Under the pieces are notes generated by a model. It had not been told where the DNA came from. It ran no database searches and was given only the letters and a program-made list of their open reading frames with translations. This document shows, in pieces, positions 31,301-42,900 of a stretch of DNA of 64,000 nt (its first letter is position 1; each line of letters starts with the position of its first letter). The position numbers and the translations under genes were made by a program. This DNA comes from Cenarchaeum sp. (lineage in GTDB: Archaea > Thermoproteota > Nitrososphaeria > Nitrososphaerales > Nitrosopumilaceae), in contig CBDESU010000001.1 of assembly GCA_965242695.1 (NCBI GenBank), positions 64,001-128,000 of the forward strand. The letters run 5' to 3'.

Positions 31301-34300
31301 GCCGTCGGCTCTGCCACAAGGGGCGACCCGGGACTTGGGCGCCTCGACAGGGCCATCTCCGTCACGGCCGTGGAGGCGGCCGGGGGAAGGGGCGCCGGCA
31401 GCACGCTAGCGATGGTCTCGCCCCTGGACAGGGACCACGTGCAGCTGGTGCGCGTCTACGACAACGGGACGATCGAGGGCGCTGGATCGGCGGCGGCCGG
31501 ACAGGACGGCTTTGACAGGCTCTGGAAGCCCAAGGGCTCGGACTTTTTCACGATGGGCGGCCGCACCTTCTCCGTCGTCACCTCGGCGGAGGGCAACGGC
31601 GTGCAGCTGGTGCGCGTGCACGGCAACGGCACGCTAGAGGCCGTCACATCGGCCGCGGACGGGCTGGACGGCTTTCTCGGGCTCGGCAACGCGCACGACA
31701 TCGACGCATTCGAGACGGCGGGCGGCCGCGCGCTTGCGCTTGCCGCCTCGTACGACGGAACCGTGCAGCTGATCCGGCTCTCGCCGGCGTCCGTGGAAAG
31801 CGTCGACATCGCGCCGCCGGGCGTCACGTATCCGCTGGGCCACCCGTTCGAGATCGCCGTCGACTTTGATGCGCCGGTCAACGTGTCGGGACCCCCTCCG
31901 TCCCTGCTGCTCTCGTTCGACGGACGCGAAAGGGCCGCCGACTACGTGTCGGGCAACGGGACGGCCAGCCTGGTCTTCAACTACACGGTGCAGCCCGGCG
32001 ACAGCGCGGACCGCCTGGTCTACGCGGGCCCAGGCGCGCTGGTGACGCGCGGCGCCGTGACGGACACGATCGGGATGGGACTCCCGGCGGCAAGGTATCC
32101 CGTGCCCGGCTACGTCGTCGAGGGGCTGATCGACGCCGGGCGGCAGCATCTTTCGCAGTATGGCGCGCAGAGCCCGCCGCGGATCGAACCGAGCCTGCGG
32201 GGCGCCGTCCCGGCCGCCGACCTGGAGCTCCCTGCGACGGACAGTGCGGAGCAGCTCGGCCCCGCGCAGCGCATCGCAGTCGACTCGTCGGGCATCGCGT
32301 ACGTCACCGGCGTCTCCTCGCCCAACGCAAGCGGCCCGTACGCCCGGGGCGCCGTCATCGACGTACACGTCCGGTTCTCCGTCCCGGTCGACGTGGCGGG
32401 CGCGCCGCGGCTGGCGCTGGCGACCGAGCCGGCGCGGTACGCGGCGTACGACTCGGGCAGCGGCACAGATGTGCTGACGTTCCGGTACGAGGTGGAGCAG
32501 GGCGACAATGCGGCCGACCTGGAATACGAGGACGGGGCGGCCCTGTCGCTGCACGGCATCGCCGCGTACATCCGCGACAGCTCCCACGGCACGGATGCCG
32601 TCCTGGGGCTTCCACCGCCCGGCAGGGACGGCTCGCTCGGCCGCTCGAACAACATCACGATCGACACCGCGGGGCCGCTCGTCGAGCGCATCACGTCGCC
32701 GACCGCCGACGCCGTATACGGCACGGGCCGCATCGTCGACATTGCCGTGCACTTTGACGAGCGGGCCGAGGTGGAGGGGGTTCCGCTGCTGGGCCTGGCG
32801 ACCGAGCCGCGGCAGCGCAGCGCCGCGTACGGCTCGGGCGGCGGCACGAACGTACTGTCGTTCCAGTACGCGGTGCAGCCGGGCGACGAGGCCCCCGACC
32901 TGGACCACGCCGGAGCGGATGCCCTGGTCCTCGGAGGCGGCGGCGGCGCGGCGATCACGGACGGGGCGGGCAACGCCGCAAACTCGTCCCTGCCGGGCCG
33001 TGGGTCGCCGGGGTCGCTGGCCTCTTCCAAGGACATTGCGATACGCGGCGCCCCCCTGCCCGTGCTTGCGGCCGCCGGCAGCGCCGCTGCCACCTCGCTC
33101 GACTTCGCCGGCGCGCGCTACCCTGCGGTCTTCGAGGCGGAAGGCCGCACGTACGCGGTCGTGACCTCGTTCAGCCAGGGCACCGCCCTGCTGGCGCGGG
33201 TGCACGAGAACGGCACGCTCGAGGCGGCCCACAATGTGACCAACAACGGCATGGACCTCCGGCTGGCCGGCGCCGTCGGCGTCGACGCCTTCGGGATCGG
33301 CAACCGAACGTTCGCCATCGTCGCCGCGCTCAGCGGCAACGGCGTCCAGCTGCTGGAGGTGCACCCGGGCAACGAGTCGCTCACGCCGGTCGACGACGTC
33401 GCCGGCGACAACAGCGACTCAAACTCGCTCGAGCTCCTCGGCGCGTACGGCGTCGACGCCTTCGGGATCGGCAACCGAACGTTCGCCCTCGTCGGCTCGA
33501 TCTGGGACGACGGCGTCCAGCTGCTGGAGGTGCACGCCGGCAACAACACGCTCAGGCCGGCCGACCGGCTGGACAAGAACGACGGCGGCGGCCTGGGGCT
33601 GGACGGAGCCGCCGCCGTCGCCGCCTTTGAGATCGGCGATCGCACGTACGCCGCCGTCGCCTCGCGCGACTCCAACGCCGTCCAGGTGGTGCGGATCCAC
33701 GGCAACGGCACGCTCGAGGCGAGCCCCGACCACCAGATCGCCGACACGGACTCGCTGGCGCTGGCATCCCCCCTGGCGATCGACGTCCTCGAGATCGGCG
33801 GCGGCACGTACGCCATCGTCGCCGCGCGCGGCGGCGACAACGGCGTCCAGCTGGTGCGGATCCGCGGGGACGGCACGCCGGAGGCGAGCCCCGGCAGCCG
33901 GCTCGTCGACACCGACGAGCTGAGGCTGACCAACCCGCACGGCGTCGCCGCCTTTGAAATGGGCAACCTGGCGTTCGCGGTCGTCGCCGCCAACGGCGAC
34001 GACGACGGCGTCCAGCTGGTGCGGATCCGCGGGGACGGCACGCCGTTCCCTGCCGGCTCGGCTACCGACGGCGCCGACTTTCCCGCACTCAAGGACGCCT
34101 ACGGCATCTCCGTGTTCGGCATGGGAAACCGCACGTATGCAATGGTGACCTCTGCCGACGGCAGCGGCGGCGGCGACGTCCAGCTGATCAGGCTCTCGCC
34201 CGTGTCCGTGGCAAACGTCTCGTCGACGCTGGGGGACGACGAGTACGGAGCGGGCCAGCAGATCGACATCGCCGTAGGGTTCGACGCGCCGGTGTCCGTC

Positions 34301-36641
34301 ACCGATCCTCCCCCCTCCCTACTGCTCGACCTTGGCGGGCGCGGCGGGGCCGCCGAGTACCTGTCCGGCAGCGGGACGGACTCGCTCGTGTTCAACTACA
34401 CGGTGCGCCCGGGCGACAACGCGGGCGGCGGCCTGGACTACGCGGGGCCTGGCGCCCTGGTGACGCGCGGCGTCATTAGGGAGAACGGCTCGTCTGCGAG
34501 CACCGCCGCTGCCGTCGACCTCGAGCTGCCCGCTCCGGGAGAGCGGGGATCGCTCGGGCACGGGCGGAGCATAACCATAGACACGCCGCCCGTCGCCGTG
34601 TCTGTCCGCTCGCCGGACTCTCCCGGCGCGTACTCTGCCGGATCTGCGATCAACATCACCGTGGCCTTTACCGAGGCGGTGACCGTGACGGGCGCCCCGC
34701 TTCTCTGGCTCTCGACCGACCCGCCCCGGAGCGCCGAGTACGTGGCCGGCATCGGCGGCGATTCCGAGATCGCGTTCCTCTATACGGTGCAGCCGGGCGA
34801 CGGCGCCGACCGCCTGGGCCACGCAAACCGCAGCGCACTGGACCTCAACGGCGGGACGGTCAGGGACGCGGACGGCGACGACGACGCCGTCCTCGGGCTG
34901 CCTCCGCCAGACGGGCGGGGGCTGCTCGGCGCCTCGGGCGCCATCCGGATCGACACCGTCGAGCCGCGCGTGATCCGCGTCGCGGAGGCCGAGCCAAAGG
35001 GCTCGGCGTACGGGGCGGGCGACACGGTCAGGATCGCGGCAATCCTTGACGAGCGCGTGGTGCTCTCCGGCGGCTCGCCCTCCCCGTCGCTGCTGCTCGC
35101 ACTTGACGGGGGCACTGACGCGACGGCCCGGTACGAGCGGCAGGTTGACGCGGGCGGGAGGACGACGCTCGTCTTTGCATACGAGGTGCGGGGCGGCGAC
35201 AGCGCGGATCCCCTCGGCTACGACGACACGGCGGCCCTGTCCGCGGGCGGGACGGCCATATTGGACATGGCCGGCAACGCCGCAAGGCTGAAGCTGCCGC
35301 CTGTAGACTCTCCCAACTCGCTGCATGCCTCGGGCATTACAATAGACGCCAGCGGCACGGACCCGGGCACGGACCCGGGCACGGACCCGGGCACGGACCC
35401 GGGCACGGACCCGGGCACGGACCCGGGCACGGACCCGGGCACGGACCCGGGCACGGACCCGGGCACGGACCCGGGCACGGACCCGGGCACGGACCCGGGC
35501 ACGGACCCGGGCACGGACCCGGGCACGGACCCGGGCACGGACCCGGGCACGGACCCGCAGCCCCGGCGGGAGCACCAACGGCACGGACGCTGGCGGCGGC
35601 GAAGGCAATGCCACACGGGCAGTCACTGTCGACGTTAGGCCGGGCGGGATTGCCGGCCAGGGCAACCTTACCGGCAGGGGCGACGAGGTGCGCATTACGA
35701 TCGACGTGTCGGGCCTGCCGGGCGCCGGCACGGCAGGCGGAACCGTCCGGTTCCCGCCAGGCGGCGTTGCCGTGACGGCGTCGTTCGCATCCGTCTCGTT
35801 CCCGCCGGGCGTGAATGCAACGTCCGTGCCGGCCAGCGGCCGGCTCGCACTGCATGTCGTCGCCTCGTCCGACGGCCTGCCGTCCAACTCGAGCATCCGT
35901 GACGCGCTTGCATACGACGGATCGGGCGCGGTCGCACTGCAGAGGGTCGTCGAGGTCGGAGACGAGGGCGACCGCATCGCATTTGATGCGCCCGTCCGCG
36001 TATCTCTCGACGGACAGGCCGGCGGCCGCGCGTTCTACATCGCCGGCGGCGCCGGCGGGGCGATCGAGCCGATCGACATGGCATGCGCGGCCGACGACAC
36101 GGAGAGGGTCCACCGCCAGCTCGACGGCGTGGGCGAGTGCCGGCTCGACTCGGCCGGCGACATGGTCATCTACACGTACCACCTGACGCGGTTCGGCACC
36201 GTCGTCTCTGAGCGCGGCACGCCGCCGCCCGTAGAGTACACGTGCTCGGTGCGCCTCGGCTCGACCGACCTGGCCGTGGGCGTGATTCCGGGCGGCTATT
36301 CAAAGGCGGTCGGGCAGGCCGTGGTCAATTCCGGCTCGCAGCCGTTTGACCGCGTCGGACTCGATGCCACCCCGTGGTACATCGACCCGTCCTCGGGGCG
36401 GCAGGGGCCGGCCGCCAAGCCGCTGCCTGCCTCGCTTACCGTGGTGGGCACGGGCGGGCCGGGCGGGGAGTTTGCCGCGCTGCCGGCCGGCGGCGCCGCG
36501 GTCGCGCGCGACCTTGCCGGCGGCCTAGAGGCGCCGATATGGCTCAAGATCAACCTGACGGGGCACGACCAGGTAAATGCCACCAAGCTCGTCCAGAAAG
36601 TCACGTACACCGCAGAGTGCGGCGGCCCGCCGGGGCAGTAG
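28367..36641 (+). CDS. Giant secreted adhesin-like protein (11 Ig-like repeats, two 7-bladed propellers, (GTDP)17 linker, ZU5/GPS-like and C-terminal domains), frameshifted at ~35558
   Basis: ORF 28367-35638 continues in the +1 frame from 35559 (SPGGSTNGTDAGG...) into ORF 35688-36641. Signal peptide, 'LxFxYxVxxGD' modules and 'GVQLxRxHxNGTL' blades. Confidence 0.8.
35354..35557 (+). repeat. 17 perfect copies of a 12-bp unit
   Basis: (GGCACGGACCCG)17 = 204 bp, encoding (GTDP)17. Confidence 0.97.
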
Positions 36642-36941
36642 CTGGCGCCGCCGGCCGCGTGGACGGACGGCTGCGCCTCGCCGCGGAGCCGGCAGTGCGC
36701 AGCCGGGCCTGGCCGGCGGGCATGCATCCCTCCGCCGCATCCGCTCGCCGGATGCCTCGGACAGGCCAAAAGCCGCCGGCCGCGGGGGGCGGGAAGGGGC
36801 GGGATGTGATGCGGCCCTTGGGATCTGCAAACCTGCAACGCCTGACCCAATGGTTATATTGCGCACAGATTGGCGCGCGGCGTTGGGGTGCGCGGTGCAG
36901 GCTCGACATGTGTGGGTGTCCACGGCCGTCGGTGGTGGCCC

Positions 36942-39900
36942 ATGCTGAACCGCTCAGCCCGCACGGGGCACAGTGCGGGGGCGATCGCCGCATTTGCGAT
37001 CGCAGCGGTTGCGATCGCCGGGCTTGCCGCCGCGCCGCCCGCCGACGTCGCCCCGTGGTCGGCCCATGCGCAGTCGTCTGCTACGGTAAAGGTCGGGGCC
37101 CTCGTGGCCAACGCCACCGGCTCCGACTTTAGGGACGACAACCGAACGGCGGTAATCGAGCGCGCGGTACGCCTGTTCAACGGCATGTACGACGACATTG
37201 ACCTGGACCTGAGCGTGACCGAGTTCGTGCGCAACGAGACGGTAAACCGCGAAGAGCCGCGAGCGCTGGCAGGCGCCTATGACAACGGCGCCGGCCCGTC
37301 GTTCTACATTGGGCCGACGACCAGCGAGGGGCTGACGCACATACTCGAGAACGACACGACGCAGGCGCTGCTTGACGGCGACGACGTGCTCTTGGTCACG
37401 CCGTCGTCCGAGGCGCCGCGGCTCGCAGACGTCGACAACATATTCAGGCTCGCCTTCAACGTGGCGCGGCAGGGCGACATGCTCGTCGACGAGATGAAGG
37501 CCGCCGAAATCAAGTCGTACATTGTGGTCGCGCGCAACGACACCTGGGGGCAGGACATCGCCGGCTACGTCGTCAAGAGGGCCGGGCAGGAGGGCCTGGA
37601 GAGCAAGGGGCGGTTCATGTTCGACATCAACAGGAGCGCCGCGCACTGGGAGCAGGTACGGGAGAGGGTCGAGTCGAGCGCGGGCAGCGTCCCCGCAGGC
37701 GAGGACCGGATCGGCGTCTTCTTCTTCGGGTACGACCGGGACTATTCGGACATGGCCGCGGCGGCCAACGGCTCGGACGCGATACGCGGCAACACCGCCT
37801 GGTTCGCCCCGTCGTCTACCGGCATCGGGGCCCCGTCGCGCATCTCCAACGACACTGCGCGCGACTTTTCTACGGACGTCGGGCTGACGGCCCTGAGCCA
37901 GGACATTGCGGACAGCGAAGCGAAGCGGGGCATCGACGAGTTCCTGTTCGGCGACGGGAGGAGCAGGAACGCCACGTTCTACGAGTACTCGGCGCACGAC
38001 TCTGTATTCGTGCTCGGACATGCCATGAGGATGGCCATAGCCGCCGGCGGGGATGCCGACAACGTGACGGCGGTCAAAAGGTACATGGCCGCCGCCGCAA
38101 TGAACTACACGGGCGCGGCGCTCGGAGACGGCCTGCTGCTCGACGGCAACGGCGATCTCCGCGCGCCCGACTCCTTTACCGTGCACACGCTTGATCGGTC
38201 GACGGGCGAGTGGTCCGACGGCCGCACAGTGGGCAGCACGGTCACCCTTGTAGGGGCCCTCTTGGCGATCAACAACACGGACTATGACGACGACGAAGCC
38301 CGGGATGCACTGCTCCAGGCAGCCGCCGAGTACAACAACGGCACCGACCGGAGGCCCCTGGTCAAGCTGATCACGTACGACATTACCGACCCGGCCGACC
38401 AGGGCGGATACGTCGCACTCGATGCACTCATGCGCGCCCACGACAACGGCGCCGGCCCGTCCGCCTACATCGGGCCTTCCCTGAGCTCGAACGTAGATGA
38501 GGTGCTAAACTACTCCAACGACAACGACATCCTCTTACTGAGCTACGGATCAGAGTCCGAGGACCTGTCGATCCCCGGCGACAACCTGTTCCGGACGGCC
38601 GTCAGCACCGACCGCCACGGCAAGTTCATGGCAGAGGTCATGAAGGATGCCGGCGTGCAGTCGGTCGTCACCGTAGTGTACGGCGACTCTTGGGGGCTGT
38701 CGTACAACGCGTCGATCGCCGCCGCGCTCGCCCCGAACGGCCTGAGCCAGGCCGGCTCGGTAAAGTTTGAGGAAAACAACACTGCATGGGGCCCCGTGCT
38801 GGATGTAATAGCCGCGGCCGTGGCCAAGGGCGGCATGGTGGGCGTGGCCTTTGTCGGCTTCGATATGGATCAGAACTCGCTTGCGGCAGCGGCGCTGGCC
38901 AACTCGACGGCCCGCTCGGTGCAGTGGTTCGTCAGCCCCACGGGATTCTACGAAATGGAGGGGGACGCGCTCGACTTTGCAAGGAACGTCAGCCTGACGG
39001 CGATCGTAAACGACGTGGAGGAGAGCGCGAGGATGTTGTCACTCGACGGCAGGGTGGCGGGGGACCTGGACTTTTATGACTATGCCGCCTACGACAGCCT
39101 GTTCATCCTGGGCAACACAATCGCCGCCGCCGTAGAGTCGGGCAAGGCGACGAACATCACTGCCGACGACCTACGGCCGCTCGTCCCCGCGCAGGCCGAC
39201 GCGTACGACGGCATACTCGGCGACATCGCGCTAAACGCCAACGGCGACCTCGGCTCGCCCGACAGGTTTGCCGTCTACAAGATCGACGGCACGTCGGGCA
39301 AGTGGATGAAGACGGATGCCGCAAAGTCGACGCCGGTAGTCCGCATAGGGGCCCTCTTGGCGATCGACAATGCGGACTACGCCGACAACAACGCCAGGGA
39401 TGTCCTGCGCCAGGCGTCGGCCGACTTCAACGCCGCCCCGGGCGATCGCCCGTTCTACGTGAGCCTGACGACGTACGACATTACAGACCCGACAAACTCG
39501 AGCGCATACGTAGCGCTAGGCGCGATGACGGACGCATACGACAACGGCAACGGCCCGTCGGCGTACATCGGGCCGTCCCTGAGCTCGAACGTAGAAAGGG
39601 TGCTGTCCTACGCGACCAGCAACGACATCCTCGTGCTAGGCTATGCATCCGAGTCCGAGTCGCTGTCGAAACCGGGCGACAACCTGTTCCGCACCGCGAT
39701 CAGCACCGCCCGGCACGGCCACTTTATGGCGCAGGTAATGGCAGACGCCGGCGTAGAGTCCGTCGTCACGGTAGTGCGCGACGACCCGTGGGGGCAGTCG
39801 ATGAGCGCATCGATCGGAGAGGCGCTAGCCCCGAACGGCCTGCGGCTGGCCGGCGCCGTAAAGTTCGCCCCTGCAACCACTGACTGGGCCTCGACGGTCG

Positions 39901-42900
39901 AAGAAATCGCCGCGGCGATCGGCGACAACTCCCAGGTTGGCGTGGCCTTTGTCGGCGTGAGGTCGGAGCAGGACGGCCTTGCGGCCGCCGCGTCGGGCAG
40001 CATGGCGGCCACCAGTGCTACATGGTTCGTGACGCCGAGCGGGTTCTACCGTGACATGTCCGAGGCGACCAGCAGCTTTGCAAGGGCCGTCGACATGACG
40101 GCCATCGTGCTCGACGTGGAGGACGGCGACAAAAAGTCGGCGCTCGACGGCAAGGTGGTAGGCGAGCTGAACTTTTACGACTATGCGGCCTACGACGGCC
40201 TGTTCATCCTTGGCAACTCTGCGGCGGCCGCATCGGGCGACACTGGCAGGGACGTCTCGGCCCTCAACGCGACCGACCTGCGTTCCGTAATACCGGCGCA
40301 GGCCGACCTGTACGAGGGCGTACTCGGCGACATTGCGCTCAACTCAAAGGGCGACCTGCGCTCGCCCGACAGGTTTGCGGTCTGGAAGGTGGACGGCACG
40401 ACCGGCATGTGGATGGACACGGGAGTCACAAAGTCGACGCCCGTAGTCGACGTCGGGGCCGTCGTCATACTGGAGAGCGACAGGTTTGACGACTCGCCGC
40501 GCCTTGCGGCAATGCACATCGCAGTCGACGACTACAACACGGCGGCCGAGGACGGCGGCGCGCTGTACCTGAACCTGCGCGTCGTGCAGACGAGCCTCTC
40601 GCCGGGCTCGGCCACGCCCACGTCGCCGGTCGCACACGAGGCCGTCATGGCCGCGAGCGGCGGCGAGGATGGCATGAGGTACTATGTCGGCCCGTCGACG
40701 AGCGGCAACTCGCAGCGCGTCCTAGAGTACGCCAATGCGAACAACCTGACTCTGATCAGCCCGTCGTCTACGGCGCCTTCGCTTGCCACCGAGGGCGATG
40801 CCCTGTTCCGCCTCGTCCCGAACGACTCGCAGCAGGGCAAGGTGCTCGCCGACATAGTTCACAACCAGCAGGGAGCGCTCCTTGCCGCCCTCATCGACCA
40901 GACCGGCCACGAGCACGTCGTCATGGTGGTCCGCAACGACACGTGGGGACAGGGCCTGGACGCCTCTACCTCTGGGCGCCTGGGCGTGCACGAAGTCGAC
41001 ATTACAAGGATCGTACACGAAGAGTCGGACGCCGACTGGTCAAAGACGGCGATGGATATCAGCGCCGAGATCAATCGGGTGCGCACGGCTACCCCGAACG
41101 ACCCGATCGCCGTCCTGCACATCGGCTTCCCGGGCGACTTTGTCTCGCTGGCAGCCCAGGCGCCCGACTATCCCGACATGAGGACGGTGCCCTGGTTCGG
41201 CACGGACGGGGTGGCAGGCACCGCGCCCCTGGTCACCAATGCGACGGCCCGCCAGTTTGCCGACGACGTAAACCTGACTGCGACAAAGTTCGACGTTATA
41301 GCCAACGAAAAGTTCGACAGGCTGACGGCCGCGCTCGAGTCGCGGGGAGTACAGGTCAGGACGACCTACGAGTACTCTGCATACGACAGCGTCTTCGTCC
41401 TGGGCCAAGCCATAGAGGCGGCGATGTCGGAAAGCGACTCTTACGGCCCGCTCGACGTCCGCTCGGCCGTGCGCGCCGCTGCTGCCGAGTACGAGGGCGT
41501 CCTGGGCGATATCGAGCTCAACCGCGCCGGCGACCTGCGCACCCCGAACAGCTATGCGGCTTGGACGGTAGAGGGCGATTCGTGGACAAAGGTCGAGACG
41601 CACCCGTCGACTCCGGTATTCGACGTCGGGGCCCTGCTCCTGCTCGACAACAACCCCGTGTGGACGGACGATCGCGAAAAGGCGGCCATGGATGTCGCCG
41701 TCGACGACTTCAACACGGACCACGAGCTCGTCGGCGACTTTTACCTCAACCTGGCGGTCCAGAGGATCAGCATCGCGCCGAACACGGACTCGCCCGACCC
41801 CGACGCGCTCGCCGGCCTGATGAGCGCGCACGCCAACGGCGCCGGCCCGTCGCTGTACATCGGCCCGTCGACTAGCGGCAACACCGGGCGCGTCCTGGAA
41901 TACGCAAACGCCAACGGCATCGTCCTGATCAGCCACTCTTCCACGGCGCCGTCGCTTGCCATGTGCGGCGACAACCTGTTCCGCATGGTCGCCCCCGACA
42001 GCCGCCAGGGGGGGATACTGGCCGACCTGATCGGCGCCGGCGGCGGCGGCGTGACGGACCTGGTAATGGCCGTGCGCGACGACACCTGGGGGCGCGGAGT
42101 GGATGGGACGACAGCGGAGGGGCTGGGAAACGGCACCTCTGTCACGCGCATCTCGTTCGCCGAGTCCGAGGGAGACTGGGCGGGAGTGGCCGCCAGGCTC
42201 GGCGCGGCCGTCGACAGCGCAAGCGCATCGGCTGCCGCAAAGCCGCAGGGCAAGGCGGCGGTCCTGTTCATCGGGTTTGCCGGCGACTTCAACTCGATCG
42301 CATCGCAGGGGTCTGCGGTGCCTTCCCTGTCGTCGGTGGACTGGTTCGGGCCCGACGGCGTCGGAAACAGCCCCGCCATCATTGCGAACTCTACGTCGGT
42401 TGCGTTTGCAAAGCAGGTCAACATAACGACCGTCATATTTACTGTCCGCGGCAACGCCGTCAACGAGCGCCTCGATCCGAGCGCCGTGTACGGCCCGTCT
42501 GCGTACGACTCTGTGCGCATCATGGGCGATGCGATAAAGGCCGCGTACGCCGGGTCCGGCTCGGTGCCGGCCGCCCTGGACGTAAAGGCCGAGATACCGC
42601 CTGCCGCGGCCGCCTACTCGGGGGCGCTCGGAAACGTCACGCTCGACGCCAACGGCGACCTGCTCTCCCCGTCGGCATACGGGGTGTACCGCATAGGGGC
42701 GGACGACACCTGGGATCTCGTACGCGTGCAGGATGCGCACGGGGATGCGGGCACCTGCGAGGCCCGATACATTACGATCGGCGAGCTGTTCACGGCGGCG
42801 ATCGGCGAGGTGGGCCCGCTCAACGACGCGGTCCACAAGGCGTACGCGCTTGCCGTGGAGGACTACAACCGGGAGCAGGCAGCGGCGGGATCGCCGGTGC

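Noticed and set aside
35354-35557. 12-bp tandem array as a CRISPR
   Set aside because: No spacers; it is an in-frame coding minisatellite.
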